53,915 nt of DNA, taken from a virus (taxonomy: Duplodnaviria > Caudoviricetes). The notes under the pieces are model-generated. The model was not told the DNA's origin. It did no database searches and saw only the letters and a list, made by a program, of their open reading frames with translations. Where the stretch lies: positions 1 through 53,915 of IMG/VR virus record IMGVR_UViG_3300035702_000343; one strand, given 5' to 3'. Within the stretch, counting starts at the first letter, position 1, and each line of letters opens with the position of its first letter. A program made the translations under genes and the position numbers. Shown here one piece after another: positions 41,813 to 51,648 of the stretch.

Positions 41813-42295
41813 TTAACTAAGGCTATCACTGTATTCGCTATAAGCCCCACCATATCCTCCATCAATATTTTTGGCTCTTTTAAAGGCTTGAGCGGCTCTC
41901 ATAAAACGGGAAATAAGCATATTAAAAAACACGGTGTATCTACCATACTTATCTTGGTCTTTTACAGTTATTCCACCAGAGTCATTGTATGATAAAACAT
42001 TCCTTGCGCTTAGTATCCCTTTGGATATTAAAACATTTAGAAAAGCTCCGTCCCTTAAAATAGTTCACGGGATTTCTGATATTTTTTGAAAATGTAAAGA
42101 GGTAGGCTCAATTTCGTAGTTCATCTGTTCAAACACATCTTGCAATGCATAATAAAGTTCAATATCTGTATTTTCTTGGGCCTCTGTAAGATCATTCAAT
42201 TGTTCGGTATCCCCTAGAAACTTTCTTAATCTATCAACCCTGCCCTGCATATCTGCGGGTACTGAGGAGGCACTTAATTCGGCGTTCGTTAACAT
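41813..42295 (-). CDS. Putative head-tail adaptor, 160 aa (TGA=Trp at 42065)
   Basis: LRKFLGD..QLNDL...IP[W]TIL...RNVLSYNDSGG; located after MCP; promoter TTGACT-N17-TATATT at 42316-42344. Confidence 0.65.
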
Positions 42296-42323
42296 AATGT
42301 ATTGGTTTTTTATTTAATATACT

Positions 42324-42917
42324 CTATATCTTTAGATTAGTCAACTCTGTATAGAGTCCAAAACCTTCAGTAAGGATAGTTTGTGGACGTAACTTCTGTT
42401 TTAAATAAATTTCAGCCGTATCAGGGTTAAAAAGATATCCATGTTCCCAATCTGAAATAAGTAAAAATTCGATCAGTAGATCCTTGTTAGAGTATTGGTT
42501 GTGAAGTGCTTGCTTTATCTCTTCGAATCTTCTAAATCTGTAGGGTGATGTTGCTGCATATATCTGTTCCATTTTTTGATGATTACAAATGTAAAGAATA
42601 ACATCTAATGCGTTATTTCCATATAGATCAAACTCGTCTAAGAATAAAAAATGGGGTCTCTTACTTGTTAGTTTTCTATCTAGTTGTGGCTCTGGATAGT
42701 TTATATCAGATATCTGTATGTAAGTGAATTTATTACGAAGGGGTATGAGGTCAGGGTTGTTTGCCAAGAACTCTTTGTCTCTTTGAATTGATATAAACAC
42801 AAATTTATCTGGGCTTTTCCCGGGATTATGTGCTAAGGACTCTAAAAGTTTGGAAACTAGTAGCTTGGTTTTTCCTGAATCTCTGTTACCTAGGTACAAA
42901 TTTAAAATATCTGTCAT
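42324..42917 (-). CDS. P-loop NTPase-like protein (GNRDSGKT, FLDEFD)
   Basis: Walker A/B-like motifs; own TTGCGA-N17-TATCTT promoter 6 nt before ATG. Confidence 0.6.
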   Translation of the reverse strand: MTDILNLYLGNRDSGKTKLLVSKLLESLAHNPGKSPDKFVFISIQRDKEFLANNPDLIPLRNKFTYIQISDINYPEPQLDRKLTSKRPHFLFLDEFDLYGNNALDVILYICNHQKMEQIYAATSPYRFRRFEEIKQALHNQYSNKDLLIEFLLISDWEHGYLFNPDTAEIYLKQKLRPQTILTEGFGLYTELTNLKI

Positions 42918-42932
42918 GTACCAAAGATAAAT

Positions 42933-42965
42933 AAAAAAAGGCAGACTCGCAATGAGACTGCCTTT
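42933..42965 (-). terminator. Terminator after major capsid gene
   Basis: AAAGGCAG..CTC/GAG..CTGCCTTT stem with A-run on the + strand. Confidence 0.8.
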
Positions 42966-42987
42966 AAATATCTACTAGTTAGTAGGA

Positions 42988-43890
42988 TTAACTTAAAGTT
43001 AAGCTAGCTACTGACTTAGTGTTTGCGATAATCATACCGACTGACTCGTAAGCCGACCAGCTGATTATGTTTCTTTTCTTGTCGATGTCGAATTTAGTAT
43101 CATTCATGATACAGAACTCACCCATGAATTCCGGTGAAGTGAACGCATAGATTTTGTTATTTAACAAGTCTGTCTTGTTAGATACAATAATCTTACGTCC
43201 GAACAGTGTAGGGTACTTGTACCCGTTTACTGCAATCTCGCCTTTCATACCACCGTCACCAAAGGTTCCGTTAGTATTGTTGTCGATGATTAATCGGTTG
43301 AACATGAGTTGATCCATTAGCAAGTACTCAGCACGTAGCTGGTTTGCTTCAATCTTTGCGAAAAGATTACGGATCTCTGTTTCTGGAATGGCTTCCGAGT
43401 TATAACTAGCATTAACGTTATTACCTTCTACAGTAATCGCTGCGTCAACGTGCTTTAAGAAAGCAACGTCCTCTTGTTTCTGGATGTCCAGAACAGAGTT
43501 ACGCTCAATTACCTGGGTAATAGGCATTCTGTAAGCAAGAAGTTCTTGCTCTGCTTTTTGGAATAGTTCGGAACTGATTTCGTGAAATTTCAGCTCTACT
43601 CTTTTTCCTTCTACGTAGTTAGTTGTTGGCTCACCACGGAAGTTAATGAACATTGCCTTAGACTCTGGTTCTAATTCAATGATTTTAACTAGGCCGTCAT
43701 GGTTTACAGAAACCTGTAAATCTGCCTTAGTAACGTATTGAGGTGGTAAAATCTTTCTTGCGAAAGAAACCTCACGTAGTTTTTCACGGACAAATGCTGC
43801 AGATTCTGCTGCAACCTTTTCCTTTCCTTCTGGTGAATCTAAATTGTGAACGAATAAATCGTTAAATTGTCGTGCGTTGTGTGTATCCAT
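42988..43890 (-). CDS. Major capsid protein (HK97-fold), 300 aa
   Basis: Position after protease/scaffold genes; REKLREVSFARKILPP, DIQKQEDVAFL, SAYESVGMIIAN; strongly biased codon use; SD; terminator follows. Confidence 0.75.
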   Translation of the reverse strand: MDTHNARQFNDLFVHNLDSPEGKEKVAAESAAFVREKLREVSFARKILPPQYVTKADLQVSVNHDGLVKIIELEPESKAMFINFRGEPTTNYVEGKRVELKFHEISSELFQKAEQELLAYRMPITQVIERNSVLDIQKQEDVAFLKHVDAAITVEGNNVNASYNSEAIPETEIRNLFAKIEANQLRAEYLLMDQLMFNRLIIDNNTNGTFGDGGMKGEIAVNGYKYPTLFGRKIIVSNKTDLLNNKIYAFTSPEFMGEFCIMNDTKFDIDKKRNIISWSAYESVGMIIANTKSVASLTLS

Positions 43891-43912
43891 TTTTCCTTAT
43901 TTTAACCTCCTA

Positions 43913-44356
43913 TTATAGCGTTACGAATTCAATTACAGTACTATCTGCTTGTAAGTGACGCTCTGTATGAGGCGCTTTGGTGCACACGGCTACCGCGGTG
44001 TTGTCACCTTTTGTTGCTGTTTTCAGCTTTCCGTCGGCATCCACTTCTAGTGGGTCACCTGCGGAAGGTGTTCCGGTGTATTGGTCTGTTGTAGCGCGGT
44101 ATTTTCCAACTAACACAGTAAGTCTGCGTGAGCCAGGGATCGCTGTTACATCTGGAGACCATCCGGCTGTTCCATCTCTATTTGACTCAGTGAAAACCTG
44201 CATTGCATGAATATCACCCGCCGTTGGAAGCGCTAGTAAGTCGCCTTCTTTAACAACCCAAGTACCTGTTACGGCAACGCCTGAAGCTACTAGGTTATCT
44301 GGAGCTTCCACATCGAAACGATTTATCTTATTTAAATCGGTTTTTAAACGAAGCAT
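43913..44356 (-). CDS. Putative capsid decoration/cement protein
   Basis: Immediately upstream of MCP; AGDPLEVDADGKL beta-tulip-like pattern. Confidence 0.55.
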   Translation of the reverse strand: MLRLKTDLNKINRFDVEAPDNLVASGVAVTGTWVVKEGDLLALPTAGDIHAMQVFTESNRDGTAGWSPDVTAIPGSRRLTVLVGKYRATTDQYTGTPSAGDPLEVDADGKLKTATKGDNTAVAVCTKAPHTERHLQADSTVIEFVTL

Positions 44357-44385
44357 TTATTTATTTCTCCTTATTTTATTTAATT

Positions 44386-44745
44386 TTAGTAATCTTCTAA
44401 AAGGCTATGAAAAAATTTATCTTCCGCTGTTGCAGGGGTAGCAAGTTCATCACTTAGCTCTCCTAGCGAGCTGCCTAATTTCATGGAGTTAGACCCCATT
44501 AACTCAGCAGCCTTTTCGAAAGTTTTTAATTCATCAGCCGATTTGTCTGAAAATTCATTAAACTTGTCTTCAAACTCTTCCACCGGGAATTGTCCCAGCT
44601 TTAAAAGCCTCAGCGCCAGACCTGCAGATGACTTAAGATGAGCAACTTTTTCTTGTAAACCAGAAACCTGGTTTTCAAGTTCATCGCGTTCATTGCTTAA
44701 AGTCTCTAAGGCATTTGCTGCTTTTTTAAATAGTTCTTTTGACAT
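44386..44745 (-). CDS. Coiled-coil head assembly/scaffold-like protein
   Basis: Helical, acidic, K-x-A motifs. Confidence 0.55.
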   Translation of the reverse strand: MSKELFKKAANALETLSNERDELENQVSGLQEKVAHLKSSAGLALRLLKLGQFPVEEFEDKFNEFSDKSADELKTFEKAAELMGSNSMKLGSSLGELSDELATPATAEDKFFHSLLEDY

Positions 44746-44759
44746 AGCTTAATTAGTTG

Positions 44760-45086
44760 TTAGTTAGCGCTGTCCTCTTCCAAGGCTGCTTTAAAACCGG
44801 CATACATAACTTGGCCAGCTTCATATAATTCAGCTACTTTTTCTCTTTCAATAGCTTCCTCGATTTCGGCTTCGATCTTAGCTTCCGCTAATTTCATTAC
44901 CTCATCTTCGGTATAATTTCCCGCTCCTTTCTCTTCTGCTAGTTGGCCTTCGGCCCACTCTGCATACTTCTGAAGCTCTTCAACCTGATCGTCAACTTCT
45001 TCTTGACTTTCAGTAGAAGCACTTTTTTCTACTTCTTCAGCAGCGGCTTCTTTTTGCATATTCTGGAATGTTTCCCAAATACTCAT
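44760..45086 (-). CDS. Acidic head assembly/scaffold-like protein
   Basis: Glu/Ala-rich, multiple K-x-A motifs. Confidence 0.55.
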   Translation of the reverse strand: MSIWETFQNMQKEAAAEEVEKSASTESQEEVDDQVEELQKYAEWAEGQLAEEKGAGNYTEDEVMKLAEAKIEAEIEEAIEREKVAELYEAGQVMYAGFKAALEEDSAN

Positions 45087-45091
45087 ATTAT

Positions 45092-45694
45092 TTAGTTCTC
45101 CTCTTTATCATTAAAGATTTTATTGTGAAATTTTGTTAAGAATTCCGGTGAGACTACAGAAGCTTTTTTAGTTCTTTCGTCATAGCCATCATGGCCTACG
45201 GAATTTTGATTTTTAGCCTCTGCGGCTACAGTCACAGGAGATTCCTGTGGTAAAGAAACACTCGAAATGGTTGGAACAACCATATCCATATTAGAAGCAG
45301 GCATGATGCCTAGAGCAACAAGCTCTGAGTATAAACTGTATGCTGCAACTTTTCCGAAGTCTGCTGCCATTTTGGCCCAGGTTTCTTCGTCAATCATTGA
45401 AGCCGTATTTTTTTCTTCAGCTGTTTTTTCAGATGTTACTTCTTCCTCAGTTTCTTTAGTACTTTCTTCTGCTTCTGCTTCTTTAGTAGTTTCTTCTTCA
45501 GAAGAATCTTCGCCTTCTACTTCTGCGTCAGCAGAAGCTTCTTTGCTAGTTTCTTCTTCAGTAGAATCTTCTTCGGTTGCAGAGGCCTCTTTAGTAGTCT
45601 CTTCTTTGTCAACGATGTTCTTTACAAAAGTATCTTCGGCTGTTTTTTCAGCTTCAGTTAGTTCGTCAAGAAGATTTTTTACATTTAGTCCCAT
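45092..45694 (-). CDS. Acidic scaffold-like protein with EET(T/S)KEA repeats
   Basis: Low-complexity Glu-rich repeats; strong SD AAGGAGGT. Confidence 0.6.
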   Translation of the reverse strand: MGLNVKNLLDELTEAEKTAEDTFVKNIVDKEETTKEASATEEDSTEEETSKEASADAEVEGEDSSEEETTKEAEAEESTKETEEEVTSEKTAEEKNTASMIDEETWAKMAADFGKVAAYSLYSELVALGIMPASNMDMVVPTISSVSLPQESPVTVAAEAKNQNSVGHDGYDERTKKASVVSPEFLTKFHNKIFNDKEEN

Positions 45695-45703
45695 TATACC
45701 TCC

Positions 45704-47533
45704 TTAGGAAGTTGTTATTTCTTTAAAAATTAAATTGATTGTTTCCGGTTGAAGCCCGGCTGTTTTCTTTTTACCAAAAAAGCCGGACGGCTCTAGTGGA
45801 TTCTTTTTCTTTACGCTTGATGTGACTTTACCTACTGATTTGCCCATCCCTTTAAACATTAGTCCTGCTCCTGTTGAAGCTGTAAGACCTGCAATGAGGG
45901 GGTGTTTTCTAATGAAATCTTCAGTATTAGATAAGCCATATCCTTTTCGTGCTTTAAGTTCGTTTTTGGCTGATGCGTAATATGTCAAAGGAACTCCTAC
46001 TAACATTGACCCCATCATAGGTCCAATTTTAGCAGCTTGTTTATTTAGCGGCTGATCTTCCAAAATACGTTCTTGCATTTTTGTTACTCCAACCGCTAAC
46101 CCTGCTCCTATACCAGGAGCAATTCAAGGGTGTTTACTAACCATTTTCATGAATTCTGAAGAATTAGCAGACTTACCGAACAATCTGGCATAACCTGCAT
46201 ATAAGGCTCCAAGAGTTGTAAAGGCAGCAACTGGATTGTGTACTCCACTTGATGCCGGTTCTGGTTCTTCGTCCATTAAAAGCTTTTTAATAAAAGATCT
46301 TTCGACCTCTTTGTTATTTGGCATAATGGAAACCAGAGGATCGCTCAAAGATGCGCTCTTCTCTAAAATTCTATTAATAATAAATGGTTTTGTCAAGGAA
46401 TATCTTGAAATATTCCCAAGTATTTCGTTTGCGACCTTCTCGTTCATGTAATTTATACCTACATCATCGATTTCTTCAGCCGTATCCTTTATTGTAAAAT
46501 ATTGTCCTTGCTTTTCTAACTGATCGGCTAATTGTTTTTCTCCGATGCAGTATAAAGCTAATTTTTGAAAATCTTCTTTGTGTGGTAGAATACGTAGTCC
46601 CATAAAAGTACTAAGTACTTCATTTAAAGGGTACTGGGAAAGTTTCTCTATCTCTTCTTGTTCAAGGCGGGGTGTGGTGTTTTTTATAAGTGCAGAGGGG
46701 TCTTCTTCTATATTCTCCATCTGTGCGGGAAGATTTTTTGTTATTTCTCCTCCTTTACTAAAAGCCGACATCTTATTTCCTTCTTCTCATGACGCTGCTT
46801 TATTCATACCTATGTCCGAGATAGCCTCTTTAGTTTCTAATGTATCTGAGGCCAATTTAAGTTGATTACCTTCTGGATCAAATGTTGCCATAAATGCTGC
46901 AACCGGGTCTGCTGGAATAACTACTATAGAAAGATCAAAAAATCTTGGTCGGGTATTTATAGCACAAACTCTCCTACCGTCCGGCAGGATCTGGCCCATC
47001 TGGGTCAATAAGTATTCACTGTAATCTGATCTAGTTTTAGCCTTCTTGCCAGTGATGGAGCAAACATCAAAAGGAACTTTACACCCCATAGATACTTTAG
47101 GTAGCATACCGTTGCTAATACCTTTTCTTATATTAACTACGTCTGGATGAGCCTTCTCTAGTCTTACAACAACTTCCACTCTTTTCATTCGCGGGTTGTA
47201 GTGTGAAAAAAGGACTTTACCCATAGATTTTTTAGGGTCTTTGTTTACATGGTTCTTGTAAACGTGCCCATACTGTTCAAAAGTTTTATGATATTTTTTG
47301 AGAGCATCTTCAGGAAAGAAATCACCGTTACGATTAGGTCCATAATATTCCCCTGCTGTAAGAGCGTTAACAAGAGCATAAAGATAGCCTCGTTCTCTCT
47401 TTAGTTTAGATAAAAATTCCGTAATCGGACCATCATAGGATGCCGTCTTTTCCATAACTTCACCCTCCTCAACAATACTGAAGATAGGGTAGTCATAGTC
47501 GCCTGAAATGTATTCAGCTCTTTTTTCTATCAT
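45704..47533 (-). CDS. Prohead protease domain fused to a long C-terminal region, 609 aa (TGA=Trp at 46787, 46124)
   Basis: NRNGDFFP, HVYKNHVNKDP, VSMGC, FFDLSIVVIPADP assemblin/HK97-protease-like motifs; three track ORFs are in one frame. Confidence 0.7.
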
Positions 47534-47534
47534 A

Positions 47535-48065
47535 TTACATGAACAGGGTTGAACCGGCTAGTAATCCTGCAATACCGGGATCTTTTGTTTCTCTATTGTT
47601 TTGAGCGTCTCCCTCAATCTTGTTAAGAGTAGAGTATGTGTCAAGTGGTGGTCCTCCAAAGGAGTCAACACTTTTAGCTTGGATATTCTGTGATATAAAG
47701 GATCCAGCAGCTACTGGGTCCTTGGCTAAGTGAGGTGCATTGTGGTAAAGTGTGTCCCATAAACGTGCAACTTCTTCAGGTGACTCATTTAATAGTCGTG
47801 GATTAGATTCCATCATTTTTTTGTAGTACGATGGCTTCATCATTTTTGAACCTAGTCTTTCGCCAGCTTCTATTAATTTTTTAACAAATTGGTTTATTAG
47901 TAAGGCAGCTCCTAAAACACCTACAACCTTCATAGCGTTTTCATACCCCGCAAAATCCATTTTGCGTGCTTTGTCTCCCGCCAATTGTAATGTTTTGACA
48001 TTAGCGTGCTTATTGATATAAGCTTTGGCTGCTGCCCTTTTGATCATCTCTTGTCGTTTACTCAT
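47535..48065 (-). CDS. Hypothetical head-module protein
   Basis: ORF track; tightly packed in operon. Confidence 0.6.
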   Translation of the reverse strand: MSKRQEMIKRAAAKAYINKHANVKTLQLAGDKARKMDFAGYENAMKVVGVLGAALLINQFVKKLIEAGERLGSKMMKPSYYKKMMESNPRLLNESPEEVARLWDTLYHNAPHLAKDPVAAGSFISQNIQAKSVDSFGGPPLDTYSTLNKIEGDAQNNRETKDPGIAGLLAGSTLFM

Positions 48066-48066
48066 T

Positions 48067-49002
48067 TTAAATATCTTTCCTCTTAGCGTTTTTTTGTATT
48101 AAGTTGTTGAGCTTTTCCCCATCTAGTTCGGTATACTGTGCTAATTTTTCTTTACCTGCTAAAAACTCCATGATGTCGGTTAGGCCTGTTGAGGTCAACC
48201 CTACTTTAGCCCGTCTACCTACCTTCTCTATCGGATCGTCGCTTTCTTCTAAAGTATCTAAAGCAGCTTGTAAGTCACCTGCCACTTTTAAAAGACTGCT
48301 TATTTCCCGATTAGCTTTCTTGGCTTGCAGAAATAATTCATTTTCCGGGTTTATCCTTTTACCTGCTAGCTTACTAAAATCTTTTTCTTCTAAAGTGATG
48401 CCATCTTTTTTCAAGTCTCTTTGTAGGCTATCTATAATATAGTCTCCAAATTCCCCAGCCTGTTTGATGAGATAAGTTAAGGACTCGGTGGACACGCCTG
48501 ACAGGGCCGCTTGCTTTACTTCGGAGTACATTGGGGGTAAGGTATTGTTCACTCGAATGCCTCCCTCTAAGCAGCGATTTGAGAGTAAGTCTACAGATTC
48601 TCTTCGAGTCTGTGCTTCTTTAAACATTTTAGCGTAATCTGCGCGCTTCTCAATAGGTTCTCGTTCTCCAAAAAACTCTTCCAACTTAGCTGTTTTATAA
48701 AAAGACTTTTGGGGCGGTTTCTCGTAATCTGAGATTAGAGTTCCTCGCTTTTCTGAGGTATTTGCCACTTTTTCAGGATCGGCTACATTGAATTCAATGT
48801 AACTATCCTCCCCGGAAGCCTGTTTAATGAGACCTAGGTGGGTTTTAACGTTTGCAATTTCTGCTACTCTTGAGATTTGGTTTGGATTTAGCCCATAAGT
48901 TGAAGCAACTTTATCAAGCCCTTCAGTTAGATCCTTACCATTAGTCAGGTAATCCTGAGCTATTTTTTCTCCGATTTCTTTTAATTCGTTTGACTGCATC
49001 AT
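48067..49002 (-). CDS. Hypothetical head-module protein rich in K-x-A motifs
   Basis: ORF track; TTGACA-N17-TATATT promoter at 49008-49036. Confidence 0.65.
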   Translation of the reverse strand: MMQSNELKEIGEKIAQDYLTNGKDLTEGLDKVASTYGLNPNQISRVAEIANVKTHLGLIKQASGEDSYIEFNVADPEKVANTSEKRGTLISDYEKPPQKSFYKTAKLEEFFGEREPIEKRADYAKMFKEAQTRRESVDLLSNRCLEGGIRVNNTLPPMYSEVKQAALSGVSTESLTYLIKQAGEFGDYIIDSLQRDLKKDGITLEEKDFSKLAGKRINPENELFLQAKKANREISSLLKVAGDLQAALDTLEESDDPIEKVGRRAKVGLTSTGLTDIMEFLAGKEKLAQYTELDGEKLNNLIQKNAKRKDI

Positions 49003-49039
49003 GTCTTAATATATTCCTCAGTATTATTACTGTCAAGTT

Positions 49040-50602
49040 TTATTGTAATAAATGTCCTACGCCCATGTGCATTGCCGCTGTAACTACAGCAAAGATTGAA
49101 GAGTGCACAAAGTCATCTGGACCTATGTTTACAAATTTTTGTTTGTTTTTCTTTTCATCGTACTCTATAACGATATTTTGCAAGTCTTTTGCAAAAGGTT
49201 CGGTATCTTCCCATTGTGGTAAAAGAATTTTTCCTGTCTTTAGTAGATGGAAAAATCGAGTCATGATATAATTTCTGTTAAGTGTATAAGCCGGCATTTT
49301 AGGATTATACCTAATAACCTCTTTTTGTGGATCTAAATGCTGGAACTGTAAAACCTTTTCTATTCCCAGTCTAGATTTAAAGACTGAGTTAGGTGCTTCA
49401 CCCATCCCATAATCTGCTGCTAAAAAAGCGCAATTTCATTTCTTCATAAGTCTTGGAACTTCCTCATGTATAAAGGAATATTCTGCTTCCTTACCTAAAA
49501 ATTTCTTAGCGTAAACAATTTGTATCTTTCCTTCTCTTTCTTGTGCAATAGTAATTACTGTGTGGGAGTTTTCTGAGTTTACGGGGCCATAATCAATTCC
49601 CATTATACTCTGTCTACCTTTAGATTGTTTATCAGGCTCTCCAGTCATCTCAAAGTTAGGGTTGCAAGCGTCTACAATTTGCTGTGTAGTAATCGGTATA
49701 GATCCTGCGTCATACTCTAGTCCTAGGGTCTCATTATAGAAGAGGGCCTTAGAAACGTTTTCCATTTCATAAATTACATCTTTATCTCAGTTTACCCAAG
49801 GAGAGTGCGCAAAGTGAAGCAGGCACACTCGATACCCCTCCATATCGGGCATCTTGTTTTTATTGGTGAATGTAGATACCCATTCTCCTTGAAGCTGTCG
49901 GAGATCCATAGGTGTTCCACATTTTTCACATATTAAAGCTGTCCTTCCAATATTCTCAGGACCTAAGATATTCCAATGATTACAAGCATCACATTTTATA
50001 ATGTATTCGTATTGAGTACTCTTAAATCAAAGATCGGCTAGAGTACCCTTTGTTCTTTTTGGGGTTCCGGCATAGATGGTGTTCTTAATTTCAGAACGTG
50101 CCATTGTTTTTCTAATAACTGTGATAACGTCTTTAAGTAAATCCTGGGTCTCATCGAAAAGATTTATGTCAGCAGATATCCCTCGAACACGATCGGCATT
50201 TAGAAGAGCATATCTCATATTGATCACTGACCCGTTTGCAAATTCTTTCTTTAGAACCCTTTGTACTCTGTTAGGGTCTAAGAAATTTTGCTGTATAATA
50301 GGTGAGGTATCAATTACCGGTTGGATCTTATCACGTGAAAATTCCTCTGTCTGATCTTTGGCCGGAGATACATAAAGTTGTCTAAGGTAAGGTCTCATCA
50401 AGGCCCGGGTAAGAAGCATGTTGGCCAAAGTAGTTGACTTGGCAGTCTGACGAGAAAACTTCATAACAATATCCTTGGCAGGGGTGTTATAAATCCTGCG
50501 CATATGTGGATAATCGTCCAATGAAAACTGTTCTCCACTGAGCATGAAAAAGTTCTCAGCGAAGTCGGACATTGTAAGTGATACTACTTTCTTTTTAGAC
50601 AT
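49040..50602 (-). CDS. terL: Terminase large subunit, 520 aa (TGA=Trp at 50027, 49787, 49436)
   Basis: SRQTAKST Walker A, RVRGISAD..LFDETQD, GTPK, CxxC..CxxC insertion, FYNETLG, GIDYG, PDDFVHS. Confidence 0.88.
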
Positions 50603-50603
50603 A

Positions 50604-50628
50604 AAACAAAGGGGGCTTAGTGCCCCCG
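50604..50628 (-). terminator. Hairpin terminator between bS21 and terL
   Basis: GGGGGC-ACTAA-GCCCCC-TTTGTTTT on the minus strand, directly before the terL ATG. Confidence 0.7.
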
Positions 50629-50633
50629 ATTAG

Positions 50634-50828
50634 TTATAAATTTTCTCTTTGTAGTCTTTTTGCTTTTTTCAATCTTTCTCGGCGGGCTTCAGAAGGTTTG
50701 GTATAAAATTGGTTATCTTTATACTCGTCTAAAATTCCTGCTCTCTGTACTTTATTTTTAAAAATACTTAATGCTTTTTCTAAATTATGGGGACCGTGTA
50801 CTTCTACGGAAACTCTATTAACGCTCAT
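50634..50828 (-). CDS. rpsU: Ribosomal protein bS21
   Basis: NLEKALSIFKNKVQRAGILDEYKDNQFYTKPSEARR matches the bS21 pattern. Confidence 0.9.
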   Translation of the reverse strand: MSVNRVSVEVHGPHNLEKALSIFKNKVQRAGILDEYKDNQFYTKPSEARRERLKKAKRLQRENL

Positions 50829-51648
50829 TTAATGTTCTTCAATCTTTTGTTTCTTTTAATTCTGTGAATAGGTTACCAAAGGGTCCGTGTTCAATAAACT
50901 TGAATACTATGTTTTGCTCTGATTCTCTACCTATCCCTCAGCCTGTAGAATAAGAAAATTTACGGCCTTTGTCAATGTTTGAAACAAACTCGTATAAGTC
51001 TTTGTACCCCTCAGATACTTCCCTCTTCTTTCTCTGAATCGATTCATAGGTTATTAAATCTCCGGGAGATTTGCGTGCTCTTCTTAGGGCTTCTAAATCT
51101 TTTTTATCATTCTCTAACTCAACGGCCATTCTCTCAAACTGCCTTGCTACTGACCGAGCTACAACGAGCTCTGCCCAGTACTCATCGTTAGGATCTCTTA
51201 TTTCATTATAATTCCCTGGGTCTCTAATCCATCTGTCTGATACAATAGAATAAACACCAAAATCGGTATCGCTCATACTTTCTTCTGAATCTTTATTCCA
51301 AGGTGTTAGAAAGAAGTTTATGACGTGATTCGTTCCCGGTATTCTTTTATTATTAATCTTTTTTGTGGCCTTTGTCTTTTCTTTGCTCGGATCAAAGGGA
51401 TCCACCAAAACCATAATGTCTACATCAGAGTTACCCGTCCACTTGAATCCAGTAATTGATCCCAGAACATACAGATCTTTAATATGGTCTAAGGGTACCA
51501 CTTTTTTAATCTGATCTATTACGATGCGTTTTACACTCTTTTTCATTTTTTTATCAGAGTCTCATACGCCGGGAGCTAGTTGATCTTGTACGGGGTCTAG
51601 TATTCCCGCTAGTTTACTTCAGATCAGAGATGTGTTTTGGTCTTTCAT
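50818..51648 (-). CDS. Pol-beta-superfamily nucleotidyltransferase, 276 aa (TGA=Trp at 51619, 51562, 50938, 50839)
   Basis: LGSITGFKWTGNSDVDIMV (GS...DxD); frame extends to ATG 51648 and TAA 50818 with read-through. Confidence 0.75.

Noticed and set aside
41010-50602. TGA as Gly (code 25) or selenocysteine
   Set aside because: Contexts (FN3 SW, GTGW, LWxxS, KHPW, aromatic RecU positions) fit Trp, not Gly or catalytic Cys
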